A stretch of DNA of 64,000 nt from Nymphaea colorata (lineage: Eukaryota). This document shows, piece by piece, positions 13,816 through 28,208 of the stretch. The position numbers and the translations under genes were made by a program. Below the pieces are notes generated by a model. That model saw only the letters and a list, made by a program, of their open reading frames with translations. It did no database searches and was not told the origin of the DNA. Position 1 is the first letter of the stretch. Each line of letters opens with the position of its first letter. The DNA is taken from assembly GCF_008831285.2 (NCBI RefSeq), contig NC_045138.2, forward strand, positions 24,986,001 through 25,050,000, in the 5' to 3' direction.

Positions 13816-16800
13816 TCATTGTTGTGAGTCAATCAGATTGCGGATGACGAATGGAAGAATGCCTCCGTGGTTGAAATAGGCCAACTCCACCTACAATGAA
13901 GCAGCTAAAATGTCAATTAACGGCACATTGTATAATTCTATTTCACACATACAAAATTCTACAAAAAATAAGTCAACTATGAGGATAAGATGTTTCATAG
14001 CACAGTTCTGTGAATTTTGCAAGATAGAAAAGGTGGCCAGCCAAGGTTGCCTCAGGTAGCCACGAACTCCCAGCCCCAGGGCAGTTACAATACTTAAACT
14101 GAGTACTTAGAAGTTAGAACTATGTCTCCCCTTATCAAGACACAGAAAATTGGTGGGTCCCACAGTACTGATGGATGCCCGTCCAGTGTTTTGATTGGCA
14201 GGCGAGGTGTTCTAAGTACTCAAACCGAAAACTGTAACTGTCCTCAGAATTGAACAGATCCAGCTGAAGAAAATATGGTAGAACAACCTTTCAGCATACC
14301 ATGTAATCTATTTAGGCAAGGCAAGAACGAGGAACAGTTTTTTGTGACAAATATACCAACTTGAGCAGATGAGATAGGTTACCTCTGTGTCAAAGCGGAC
14401 TGTGCAGGTGAAAGACTTGCCGTTGTCAGTAACCACAGTAATGTCCTGACCAGGCCTTATCTCACTGATTTTTTCTGGAAGATTGATCGTGTAACGTTCA
14501 TGGCCTGTCAAACCCAGGGTATCTGCATCCTCACCAGGCTTGAAGCAAAGTGGAACGATACCCATTCCAACCAAGTTGCTGCGGTGAATTCGTTCAAAGC
14601 TCTTGGCGATAACAGCCTTCACACCCTGATTTTGGAAAAATAAAAAAAATAACTGGTTTATTGCAAGTCTGCAAAAAAAAGTGAGAATTCTTTTCATATA
14701 CAGGAAAATAACAAACGAACCAGCAACATAGGTCCCTTGGCAGCCCAATCCCGAGAACTCCCACTGCCATATTCAGCTCCAGCCAGGACAATGGTGTCAT
14801 GCCCATCAGCCTTGTATCTCTGGAAAGAATTTATAAATTTCACGAGGTCATAGCAGCTTTTGATTACTATGCATAGAAAATTGATAGAGAAGATCATCTG
14901 ACAAGCTTATTAGTGAAGGAGAAGAAAAAAAACATGAATCTTAGGAGAATGCTAAAGCTATTAGCTATTTCGCAAGCTTGTTTTAATGCACACTTTGGTT
15001 CTAAAAAATTATTATCTTTATAATAATTTACTAAAAATAAGTAATCTCCCCTTATGCTTATTTCTTGAATAAGAAAGATAAAATTTACCCTCTCCAACAG
15101 GTATTTGAAATCCGTTAAGAAGAAAGAGGTGATTAAACTTGACCTGCTCTCCAAAAATTAGATGATCAACGCTTTGCAAAAATTAGATGATCAGCTTAGT
15201 GGACTTCTGTATCTCATAAGAACAAAACCGCAGGTGGCATACATTTTTATTTTTTAGTAACATAAATCTCATGCATACAACCAGGAAACTGAGACACCAA
15301 AAATGATTATATGAAATATGCAATTATTCTAGTCAATATTCAACAGAGAGATGCTAAGGAAAAATAAGATCAGAAACGGACTAAAACCACAAATGAGTGT
15401 AAATCTTGAAACAAGAAGTTGACAAGGAAATAGAACAAGCTAATGCAAAAGCCTCACCGTGGCAGCATCAAACACATAAAGTTTCTCCCCTGTAGGAATA
15501 TGGATTGTCTTGGGCCCAACTTCTCCTTTCAAAAGCTTGTTCACAAGACGGATATTAGCAAAGGTTCCCCTTGCCATCACCTCATCATTTCCTCGACGAC
15601 TACCATATGAGTTGAAATCTTTTCTGTCAACTCCACGTTCAAGGAGATACTTTGCAGCAGGACTGTCCTTATGGATGCTACCTGCTGGTGAAATGTGATC
15701 AGTAGTTATGCTGTCACCAAAGTTCAATAAGCAGTAGGCATCCTTCACACTATGAGGTCCAGGAGGTGCCATGGTCATGTTCTTGAAGTATGGTGGCTCA
15801 TGAATGTATGTTGAACTTGGATCCCACGAGTAGAGTTTACTTGTTGGAACAGAGAGCTCATTCCACATTGGGTTACCCTTTGTGATTGATTCATATGTAC
15901 TCTTGAACATGTCTGGTAGCACACAAGATTGCACAACCTGAAAAAGAATCAGCGTGTCAAACAAAATAATGAAACAAACAATCGCAGATTCCCATGAGTG
16001 GTTCACTCCCTACCTCTGCAACTTCTTCAGTTGAAGGCCAGATATCCTTAAAGAAGACACTCTTTCCATCCTTCCCTGTACCAATTGGTTCTTTTTCAAA
16101 ATCAATGTCAACCTGCAAAGGACTTTAACGGTCAAGGAAGAAGATTCTAAAAATAGCAACCAAGAAAAAGCACAAAAGGTCCAAGGGGAATATCCATGCA
16201 ACTTCAAGCTTATAAAGATCGTAGTGGTTAAGACATGCTCTCAGACTTATTTATTTCAACTAGATGACTTATTCATTCCCAAGGACTGAACTACAAGTTC
16301 AACCATTACTAACGCCCCCAGCTTGAAGTATTATTAAAAGGGTGACTGCGTTTTCCATTCTTTCTTGTTTTTCAAGTAAAAAAAGAACCTATTGAAGAAA
16401 TAAAAGAAAGGGCTAGGTGACACGCTGCCAGCCTGCAATACCACACATCAACAAAGAATAAAAGAGGTGAAATATTTGGTTCCCAGCTGAGCACAATCAA
16501 TATCTAAAAAAGATATTCAGGATGACGTACAACTTAGTCCCTAGAAAAAGCCTGTTATTTCATTAGTATGAAGGAAGCAAAAATAAAAATTTCAATTTTC
16601 ACACAACATAGCATACGGAGAGCACACATTTAGTGTTTATTAATTTATATTAACATGTGCCTGTATCTCAATTATGCAGCATTGCCTACAAATTTCCACA
16701 TAAACTTTAGAGTTTAACTATAGGCAGTAAAATGCTTAATTATAACCAAACAAAAACAGAAGCAGAATATAAAATAAGGGAACTAGCTTGCTTACTGTGC

Positions 16801-19800
16801 CAGCCAGGGCATATGCAACAACAAGTGGAGGGGAAGCAAGGTAATTTGCACGAGTCAAAGGATGAACACGTCCCTCAAAATTCCTGTTTCCAGAAAGTAC
16901 AGCAGCAGCAACAATGTCTGACAAAAGGAAATGGAAATCATCATATAAGCAAAATGTATGGAACAACTTGTCAAACAAGTAACCAATTATGTAACTCTCA
17001 GGAGGTAAAAGCAATTATTACCATTATCTGAAATAGCTGCTGCTACCGATTCATCCAGATCCCCAGAATTACCAATACACGTTGTGCAACCGTACCCAAC
17101 AATATGGAACCCCTGCTGGTTCAGGTACTTTTGCAGGCCACTAGATAGATTAATTTCAGGGACAAATAAATATTAGTAAAAGGTTTGTCGGTTAATTTTG
17201 CTTCAACTAGTAAGTATGGCTTCTCTTTGCAGTTTGCAAGATTACCTCTTTTCCAAATATTTGGTTACAACCCCAGAACCTGGCGCAAGACTTGTCTTGA
17301 CCCATGGCTTAACCTATTCATAAGAAAGAAGATACAAAATCCGGTTATAGAAAATTAAGGAATGGAAACAAAAAATAATAAAAAAAATCATATAGTTTGG
17401 CTAGAGTAGACTGCTAGTTCAGAAAGGAGACCACACACCACTACCACTCAAACGAATAAAAAACACAAAAGATGGACATAACAACTAACCTCGAGACCTA
17501 ATTCACAAGCTTTCTTCGCAACAAGTGCAGCACCTAACATAACACTTGGGTTAGAGGTGTTTGTGCAGCTAGTGATAGCTGCTATTACAACGCTTCCATG
17601 CTTGAGCTCTGCAGGCTGCCCATGAAATTGGAACTTTGCAACTTTGCCTTGTGCTTCCTTTGCAATATCAAATCCCTGTTGAATTAAACATGAGAAAATT
17701 CAGAACCTTAAGCTAACCACCATCATTATGCATATCAAAATATGCTACTCATCCTCGTCTTAATTAAAAATGAACCCAACAGTCTCAGTGCACATGGACC
17801 TCACACTATAAAACAAAAATTAAACCGAGGTTGCAACTCAAGCTGACCTATCCAAGGAAACAGAATAAGCTGAGAATGCTGGTTTTTTTTTTCAAATGAA
17901 AAAAAAAAAGACTATGAGAAACCAAAGATTAACATGCCAATTCAAACTCCAGTTAGGTACTCCTAAGTGGAGGTATACTACTCATGCAAGCTAAAGGTCT
18001 ACACAAGGTGAACAATGAATAATATAAAAGTCAAGTAGAGCATAAACCCAAAAATAAATAGGAAGGACAAAGCTGTCAACATCAAGTTTCAAGTAAGTTA
18101 CATAAACCAACAAAGGCAGAGTAGCAAATTGACATGCTTTAAAGCCACTAAACATTTCCCACTACATTCAATCGAACAACTGCATTTGTCCCAGCCCCAA
18201 ATATAGACAAAAAAATAATAATAATAATCCAACTCACGACTTCAGGTCCTACTAAAATTCCATCTGTTAAAATGTGGAATTGAAGCAGCAGCTATCAAGA
18301 AATTGGTTAGCAGAACTACCACAACAAATTGCCACAAGTGCGGCCCCAATTGTTTGGAGCACATTTTGCAACCTAAAGCTTGTCAAAAAGCTGTCAGCTG
18401 AAGATATTCAAAAAACACTCAAGCCTAATGCAAGCACGCAAGTTGATCATCTCATATAAGGCAATATAGGTAAATGGGGTAGCATCTCACCTTAAAGCCA
18501 ACCTTGTTATCCAAACAAGAATGCCAATCTGCTTTCATTTCCTTCAGTGGCACACGGTCATGAGGTCTGCGAAAGAATCACATTTTAGTCAAAAACCAAA
18601 GGAAGAAAAAAAGAAAGAAAAATGTACACTGATTATAGGAACACAACATTACCGCTTTGGGCCGGAAATACATGGTTGAACATCTGCAAGGTCTAATTCC
18701 AGGTAAGAAGAGTATACTCTTTCTTGCTGAGGCTGTATTTCAGAAAATGAACTTAGCTGTTCATGCACCAAAACAAAGACTCTTTACTTAAAGAAATATG
18801 CTGTGAACCTAAATTTTAAACTTACCTCACTGTAGTCTACGAACATTTTGTTTGCTCGTAAGTAGGCCTCTATCATTGAAACCTGTGGTAAAATCAAATA
18901 AAAAGCAATATGGAATGAAAAAAGCCCATTTATTTGTGAATGGCATTCTTAAGGAGCAAGAGGAAAGAAATGGACTACTAACAGTTTCATCACTCCTTCC
19001 TGTCAATTTGAGGTATTGCAAAGTGACATGGTCTACAGGGAAGAAGCCCATGGTTGCACCATATTCAGGTGACATATTAGCTATAGTGGCACGATCAGCT
19101 AATGACAGTCCCCCCATGCCCTCACCTGAACAAATAAAAGATGACTAAAGATATAAAACCATGGCATCACAAAACTAATTAATTATAATTTTAAGTTTGT
19201 CATCAAACTGAAATTACCATAGAACTCTACAAACTTCCCAACAACACCATGCTTCCGCAACATTTGTGTGACAGTTAAAACCAAATCAGTAGCTGTTACA
19301 CCATTGTGCAATTTCCCAGACAATTTGAACCCAACCACACCAGGCAAAACCATACTCATTGGCTGCAAAACAAAAAAAAAAGGAAAAGAAGAAAAGAAAC
19401 AAATTAATCAAATCAAAGTATTTAAACAAGATTCTAAGAACAAGAACCTGTGCAATATTGTTCTGTGCAAGTTATATGAACAATTCATCTAGTAAAATTA
19501 AAGTTACATAAGCAAAGGATCTCAAAAAGATCGCAATATGCTAAAAGACTAAAAGAGGATATAAAACATTAAACGGAACTTAAAGTGAAAAGAACATCCC
19601 AGACAATCACTAGACAAAACAAATTTGGAGTTTCCAACATATTATGATTGCAGCCTGGAAGAGTGAAGCATTTTATAGGAGAATAAAACATTGCACACCC
19701 ACATCAAGAGCGGACAGAACTTTAACGGAAAAAGAAAAGAAAAGGAGCCAACAAGAACAAATATTGAGATCATCTTTTCCGATCACAAAAAGACTGCACA

Positions 19801-22800
19801 AGTCTATTGTTCCAGAAATCCCATTGAAAGAGAGATGACCTAGTATTTGCCCCTTCTTTCTTTCCTCAAAAATAGTGACAGTTCAGTAGCTCATCTTATT
19901 AGTTTGCTTCATCCACATATCAACAGCCTCAACTTAGGGATCCAGGTGTATGGCACTTGGGCCTTTCAAGTAGATTGTGCATTTATGAATCCTACTAGAT
20001 AGAAGTTGACATCCAGTTGTACATGAGCACAAAGTCTGATATTTTAGCCAAAATAAGCATAATGTACAAGAGCTTGGGACTAGCTAAAGTGGCAAGGTTG
20101 ACAGGGCCATGGAATAGGTTCAAGAGAGTGGAACTGTTTCACTTTAAAGTAGTCAAGAGATCATTCTAAGCCTATTCTAGTGTGCAACATGGCAGCAGAA
20201 TACATAGCGGTGCAGGAATTAACCAGCAGTACAGATAAATACAATAAGTAAACAAAAGTTCTTTTGCTTCGTGATGGATTGGACTCATGGAAGAAACAAA
20301 ATATGATGTCATGTCAAAATAATAATAATTAATAAGTATTTGATGAAAACGAACTTGATTTGTTCCATAAAACAAAAGAAATGAAGGTAAACAAATTTCA
20401 ACAAGACAAATCAGTTGTAACAAAAGAAGAAGGGAAAAGAATATTAAGTAAAACCAACACACTGGCAAACATGGCCATAAAGATAAGATCATCGTATTTC
20501 TCCATCTCCTTGTTTCTAACTAATCAAAAGAAATATTAGCAATAAAAATCAATTTTAACTCGAGTGAAGTGTTTTTGATAGATCTCAAACATGAACATGT
20601 CTTAGCATCACCACACGTATCAATAATTCAATGCAAACAAAGCTTATTAATAGATACACACATCCACACGCACATCCACAAAAACAATTTGACTGTAATG
20701 ACGTTTTTGTCAGATTATATCTAGTTGCTACAAGCTCAATAGCCTATACATGTAGACAGGCTTGTGTCAATGCAACAAACATGTACACACCCAAAATACA
20801 TATATATAATTGAATATATATGGGAATTCTTATTAAAATTTAAAAGATATTTTAAAAGTTAAACAAGACATAAACATGCTAACATGTTTATGAATACCAA
20901 TTTAGCATAAAACATGCCTCAATTCAAGTTGTTTTATAAAAATTATTGAATTATTTTATTACCAAAATTTTAATATTATAAGACCTGTTAATTTTTTATG
21001 ACAGAAAATCACACTTAAACCAAGGGGAAAAAAAGACTCGATATATGCTTTTCTACTAAATCATTTTTAAGATCACATCCATATGGTTAAATTGCATGAA
21101 AGTATTTCGACAATTTACTTCAAGGAATCTAGCTTTGTACCTGACCATAAGTGGTCTGGATATAACCAATGTTCCTATGTATAAGTATACTATATAAAAC
21201 AGAGAAAGAGAGAGAGAGAGAGAGAGATTTGAAATATATTCAATTTCTTACCTGTCCAAGCATGGCAGCCTCTGCTTCGATTCCACCAACTCCCCAGCCA
21301 GCAACACCCAGTCCATCAATCATAGTTGTGTGGGAATCAGTACCGACAACACTATCAGGGTAAAGAATACCGTTGTTATTGAATACAACTCTTCCCAAGT
21401 ATTCCAAGTTGACCTAAAAGTTCACAACCATAAAATTGGTTAGGCAAGCAATGGTGAATCAGCAAAACAGAATTGTGCATTCCAAAAGAGAAAGCTACGT
21501 GAACTATTTTACCTGGTGAACAATACCAGAACCAGGAGGAACAACAAGCATGTTACGGAAAGCATTTGATCCCCATTTAAGAAAACCAAACCTTTCTTTG
21601 TTTCTCTGGAACTCAAGTTCCATATTTGCCTTCACGGCATTTTCTGATCTGGCCAAGTCAACCTGGACAGAGTGATCAATGACAAGGTCCACTGGCACCT
21701 GCATCCATGACATAAATCATAATCAAACTTAATCATCAAGATCACTGCAATTTTCCTTTATTATATGAACGTGTGAGTACGAAAGAACCAGAAACAGAAT
21801 GGTACTTGATGGTTTCATAAAGTGCCGAACTGATACTTCTTAGCAGATACTATGAAGCAGAAGGAAGTAAAATAACTTTGGCAAGTCACATCAGAGTCAA
21901 AGCCATACCAAAGGATTGATCTTGTCGGAGTCACTTCCAAGCTTGTTCATGGCGTCTCGCATACAAGCAAGGTCAACCACAGCTGGTACACCAGTGAAAT
22001 CCTGAAAGGAAGAAAAGAGTAACAGTCAATCTCTCTGCTGAAGGAAGAAGGATAAACGAAAATGCCACCCACATGAAGTTATTCTTAGCGACTCCTACCT
22101 GCAACAGGACACGAGCAGGCTTAAATGGGATCTCGACCTGCTTCGGCGAAGTATTCTCCCAATCAATGATCTTCTCGACATCGGCTTTTTTCACCTGAAA
22201 TTCATCACAATTACGGATTGCAGACTCAAGGAGAATCCTGATCGAGTATGGGAGCCTATCTGCAAACACAAACAACCAAAAAAAGGATTATACAATAAGA
22301 ACACAGTGATCCCTTCATAAGTTTATGATAGTGGATAACGGCATTAAGAATGAAATGGGTGTGTCGTTATATTATCGATTCATCAAGCTGATTGCAGCAA
22401 ACAGTAAAATTCAGTCCAAGAAACGAAGGCCATTCGAAATAGAATTAAAGCGACATCGTGGACCAAATTCAACACCATGCAACCCGAAAAAGCAACACAC
22501 GGCACCAACTAATTGGGCTATTTTAATTGTGAGATACTAACAGGATTCATCAATTTTAACACTCAAAATTTAGCAAGATTATTTCATAAAACCCACTAAA
22601 AAAGAAGAAACGCACCAATCCTGGGATCATTGAGAGCTGGCAAACTGTAGAATTTCCCGAATTCACCGCCTCCGGGCTTCGGCAGACTGGTCAGAATTCC
22701 CTTGAACGCATTCTCGGAAGCTAAAGAATTCGAACACATCAAAAGAAACGAGAAACAAAAATGGTCAATTTCACCTTTCTAAATTTCTCCAAAACCCAGA

Positions 22801-23182
22801 AAGAAATTTCCTCCAAGAAAACCGGAGGGAAAATTCAACAAGAAAAAGCACGAGAATCTCCCTCCCTACCCATGGTGGCCATCTTTCTCTCGAACCGCTC
22901 GATCACGGCCGTCGAGCTCCTGATCTGCGCGCGAAGACTCACCGGCGACCTCCAATCGAGACCGTACCGAGAAAACCCCCGTATCCAGCCCCCACTAATC
23001 GGCGACGCCGCTCTGATCGAGTTAAATAGCCCGCTCCGCGAGGCGGAATAGCTAAGCAACCGCGATGACGACGAAGACAATGAAGACGTCGACGACGTGG
23101 GAGAGATAAGAGCTCTAGTGAAGCCGCCGAGGGACGGCACCCTAGACGCTCGAATGAGTCCAGCAGAGCCGGTTACGTACAT
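13816..23182 (-). CDS. ACO: Aconitate hydratase (plant IRP1-like ACO) with N-terminal organellar (probably mitochondrial) transit peptide; ~20 exons, first 22870-23182, last 13816-13890
   Basis: Exons encode [14 protein letters not shown]... (Ser/Arg-rich presequence), [10 protein letters not shown]...[135 protein letters not shown] and terminal [24 protein letters not shown]. Confidence 0.98.
14078..14244 (-). ncRNA. Candidate structured intronic RNA (35-bp stem, 97-nt loop) in the last aconitase intron
   Basis: Arms 14210-14244 and 14078-14112 pair without bulges on the minus (sense) strand: 26 Watson-Crick pairs, 5 G:U pairs and 4 mismatches. The structure is directly visible; its function is unknown. 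Confidence 0.45.
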
Positions 23183-25411
23183 GACGACACCCGCTAACAG
23201 GAGGATCCAAGACAGTGGAATACGCAATCACAGCGAGAGTTCCCGGGATCCTGACTTTGTTCTCGATTTTGGCGGAAGGACCGCGAGAGAGGAGAAAGCG
23301 AAATCGACGAAGAAATCAGGAACTGGGATCGAGAAGTCGGCAGGACGCGAAATCGGTTTTCGTTTATTTGGAAGGGCGCGGGGGAGGGAGGATGGACAGA
23401 GAGTGGGCAAACGCAAGAAGGAGAGGGATGACACATTGATATTTAAAGACGTCGCCACTCTCTCTCTCTCTTCAGATTTTTCCTCGCGCCCTTTTCTCTC
23501 CATTTCCAGGAAAATGGTCGAAAACCCCAAATTCGTGGAATGACTTTCTGGACTTTCTTCCATTCGGGGAAGAAAAAAATTACTCCCAAGTTCGTGGGAG
23601 GATTTTTACGCGCTCTTGAGAAAATAAATCCTTCCACCAAACAGTAAATGGGAAAAGCAAGCCTCGATAGTTCATTCTGGCGCGGTCAGTGGAAAGTTTC
23701 GTCTCCTTCATACACCAATCAAGTAAATGGAATGAGTGGAGATTCGTGAGAAAAAGGAAATGGCTTTTCCCGACGCAAAAACTTTCTGAGCCCTTCTTTT
23801 TCTGCGCTACAGTGAACTAATCGAGTCTCCCGATAAAAAAGGATTCCTTTTCTGCGGTGTCCCCAGATTCAGGGTTTGTGGGATGAGCTTTCCATGCAAG
23901 ACGTTCTAAAGCTTCTTTTTGGGATATGAAAAGGCCTTAAACACTCTCTCTGTTTTTCTTTAATACAAAGCATTTCGGGAAGTTGGTTTAAATTTGGCCT
24001 AAATTAGAAAGATGATAAATGATAAATCTACATCTTTCGCGCCAAATACAAAGCCGAAAGCTCTAAGGAAATCGACTGCCATGGCTTACAGAAGAAAGCT
24101 CAATTTTGCCTGAGAAAACATCTTTTACAGCACGCAAAGAAAAACTTTGCCAGGGAACTTGTTTCTTGGGCAAAAGCAATGAGTTGATGGCACATGAAGG
24201 AGGGAGGAAGAGTGGGGGAATGTGGATTCACCGGGGCCTTGCGTGCACGAGTTGGGGACCGACGACGGGCGGCGACGGCGGTCAATGCGGAGAAGAGCTT
24301 TTGTTCGGACCCTGGACTTTTCTCCAAATCATGCCAGATATTTTTAGGGTTTCGATTCGCAGTTTCTCACTTTCTTGTCCTTCCGTTGATCGGACCGGGT
24401 ACCAGACCTGGTCCAATTTTTATTTTCAGTTCTGAATTTTCCTTGCTAGATTCAAGAGAGATATAATGTAACATATATATGTAAGTTTAACCTGTTTGGT
24501 CAAATTCTTCGCTTTTTACTATCAGATGGAAAAAGTAGTGGGAGATTTGAATCCGGCTCACTTAACTTGGACACATTTCATGTTTTTGTCTCTATCGGAT
24601 CCAAGAGGAACTAGGCATATTGTTAAGTGCGGTTTGAGTCGAGGGCACCCAGATTCAGATTTGAAACAGCTAAATCAAAATCCAGATCTGGCTACCCAAA
24701 ACCCAATACTTTCTTCTTTTTCCTATTTGGCGTTTGTTTTTGCTCCAGTACTATTCAAGTTCCAAAGCTGGGATCCAGATTGAAACAATCGGGTCGGAAC
24801 GTGTTGGGCACGTTCTTGTTCAGAAGAACAGATCGGGTCACGTCAACCGTTAAAAACATTAATTCGCCGCATGCATTTAGCTCACGTATCACATGATTCA
24901 AGTAGAATTCATTGTTACTCCTGAAGATAATTAAATCCACGCTTCATCGACAGTTCAAAACTTCAAATTAAAGCTTCATGAATAAAAGAATGGTATACTT
25001 ACTTGCTGCAAACTAATTCGTTGAGAAGTCAGTGACCAACTAAAATTGGCATCCACCGCCGATAAATAAACAAAATATACATACATTTAGTACTTGAGTT
25101 TTTGTGGGTTTGCGGGTTGTATACTTGTATTGAGAATAATTTGGATTAGACCAACTTGGGATGCCATCTATTTTAAAATATGCTCTAAAGTTTTACCAGA
25201 ACTGTTGCCGTCACAAACACAGATGAAGAAGGCGACCGTTTTTGCAAAATTATATATATATATATAAATAAGAATTTGTGTGTCTGATACTACTTGGGTC
25301 TGAGACAAAAAGCAGACCCCTTAAATTATTGTTAAAATCATTTTAAACAAAGCATAAACATGTTTATGAACATTAATACAATATAAAGCATGCTCTATTT
25401 AAGTTATTTCA

Positions 25412-25418
<7 letters not shown>

Positions 25419-25465
<47 letters not shown>
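25419..25465. repeat. (TA)n microsatellite
   Basis: Perfect dinucleotide run. Confidence 0.95.
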
Positions 25466-25469
<4 letters not shown>

Positions 25470-28208
25470 TGTGGCATTGATTGGCTGATTACCCATTACT
25501 AAGAAAAAGTTTTAGCGGTTCTTATATCTCGATGTGTTTTTTTCCTTTTTGGGTTTGCTCATGATTGCAGACGGATCGGATCCGGACAGGTCCACTTTTC
25601 ACAAAATCAATGCTCCTGGACAAACGTAAGAAGACTAAGCATGAAATGTTTCACAAAGAATAGAATAGAGATAGTGGCAAGTAAAAAATAAGGTGGAATA
25701 TGTGGAATGGCGTAGGACCTTAGTTCCTCTCTTCCCCTACCCATCTGAAGGAGAGATTCTTTTTGCTTTTTTATATCATTATAAATGAAAAGAATGATCC
25801 ATCAAGCAAGTACTTAATAAATTATACATTTTTATATGTTTTCTAACTTATTATATAACATGCTATATCTACTTAGGTACCTGACATCCTCGAGTCACTT
25901 GCCAAAATTCTTCAAGGAAATGGGTTATTAATTTAGTGAAAATAATGCAACTTATCTTGTTTGGTACACAACAAAAGAAAACCTATTTCTAGACATATTT
26001 ATCATTCCTACATCTAACCACATTTTTTCCCCATTTTCACCTGCTATTCTTCAAGGCTTCAAGTTATCAAGGATCCATATCAGTGAAGAATAAAAAAAAC
26101 TAAAATCAATGTAACATATATAACGTTCTTCTTATGATAACGAGTGTTCCTGCTGAAAAGAAAAGGAATCTATTTTTTTTCTTTTCTTCTGTAGGTGGTC
26201 CTCTCAATGCCATATTCATTTCCCCACCTTTTCCTTTTTAAATATTATTATAGTCGCTAACAGGTAGTCTCTTATAGGTTTGCAGCCCCAAGATGCCTTG
26301 GAGAGCCGCCACATTCATCATCTAAGATAAATAAAGCAGAGTGCGAATCCATTGGATCACTCGTTCTTTAAGATATTACTAGTTGACATGTAATAACATA
26401 CTAAACTATAAATTGTTTAAGCCTTTGGGTGTAAATGGTGTAGAGGTCAACCACCAACCAGACTTAACGCCACATGAACAGAAAAAAGAAAGAAAGAAAA
26501 AGAAGCATGAAACGTCAGCTATTTTAAACAAATAGTACAGCAAAATCGAAGAACATAATTTGAAAGCCATTCCAACTTTTGATACAGCAATCGCCATTGG
26601 AGCATCACTCGGAGCTTCTTGGAGTTTCCATTGCGTCTTTCCACCTAATGATAGAATTCGGCCTGGAAAACAGATCGGATATGGATTTGTATTATGACTA
26701 TTCAAACGTCGTGTCGAGTTTAGTGAAATGGATCAGAGCCCAGATGTGAACCTGCATATCACAAATCCAATTTAGGTTTTCCTGTCATGGGAGTTTTCTC
26801 TTTCTTCGCCACTTAAGAGGAAGTAGGATCAGCATGTATCGAGATTCGAGAAGTATTAAAACAGAATCCCATTTGCGATGGTAATTTATAAACAAGGGAC
26901 CACGCTCGTACCTTATGATGGATTTTATACTCAATACAAAGAAGACCCTCGTCCACCATTAAACAATGAATCATGCTTTCTTTTTTTTTCCTAACTGTTT
27001 AAAACATCATAGTCAACCCCATGGCCCCCGTCTCTTAACATATACTTCCAAACCAAAGGCTGATTAAATGTCTAAATAATTAGAATCATAATTCCCATTT
27101 ATTCTTGACCAAATAACCAGTCTTCCATTATTGCAGGCACCCTTTCCCTCAGCTTTATAATCTTCTGGCTGCGTACATGATCTTTTTGGGTTTCTCTAAA
27201 TTGCCCAATTAAAAAAATTATATAAGCATTAAGATAATGCAAATGTGAGCGTGTTTTTGCTAACGACTAAGGAGTTGAACAACTATTTGAAATTAACTGC
27301 AGACTTGTTTATCTACAATGGAGCCTATTCAAGAGCCAAGAAGTCGAGTTCATGATGGGCACAAGAAACGCATTCCAATTTCAAGCTAGTTCATTCACAC
27401 AAGTATTGAGGAATAGAGCATAATCCAACACACTCTCAATTCCCCATCATGAAGTAGAGGAAGACTCCCAATTACCCAGTCATTACCAAGTTACCAACAT
27501 TTAATTTTGTGAAGGAAATAAGGTAAAACGTACTTGAGATCAAGAATAGTAGAAATTATGAATGACGGACAGCATCTTGAGTTTATAGCAAAAATTTTTG
27601 CATGGAAAAGAAAGTTGCTTCCAAGATGAACAGTGAGGTCGAGAATTAAGACAATAATTGAGACATTCACATACCACATTTACAACTGGAAACACAAATG
27701 CTTGGTCATTATTCAAGTCGCTTCTTGCTCGAGAAAAAAAACTCACCCTGCTACAGCATTCATTAATCGATCAAGCACTGATAACCTTGTGCTGGGTCCT
27801 CTTGTAATTTAACATTAAGGACTACTGACAGTAGCCCATTATCTCATTTCTGGCCAAACGCATCAGCTTGACAAATCTGGTTGTAGAGTGTGTAAATGAG
27901 ACAAGAAACTGCCTATCATTCTCTCTTTATCATGTCTACAGGTAAAATTCAAGACGTCACTACATGAAGCTTGCAAAATTGTGTCAGGCCATCATGGTCA
28001 TCTATAGGACTCCAACGTTCAAGTCAACTACATCTCGAGCCGGTGATCTCTTGCAGCAACCAAGACATGCCTCAGAAAGAAGACCCTCAAGATTTCAAGA
28101 GCCTTGGTAGACGCCTGAGACTAGGATGTCAAATCGCACGGAGTCCTATGGTATAATGGTCTTACAGTTAGCTGAAGGTTGATTAGCCAAACGCTCTGGA
28201 AAGGCTCT

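Noticed and set aside
14170..14200. Iron-responsive element (CAGUGU) in the aconitase intron
   Set aside because: The CAGTGT hexamer is on the antisense strand and is not closed by a canonical IRE stem with a bulged C.
22761..23640. Multiple overlapping ORFs around the aconitase 5' end
   Set aside because: Expected in a GC-rich first exon and promoter. Only the MYVTGS... frame joins the downstream exons.
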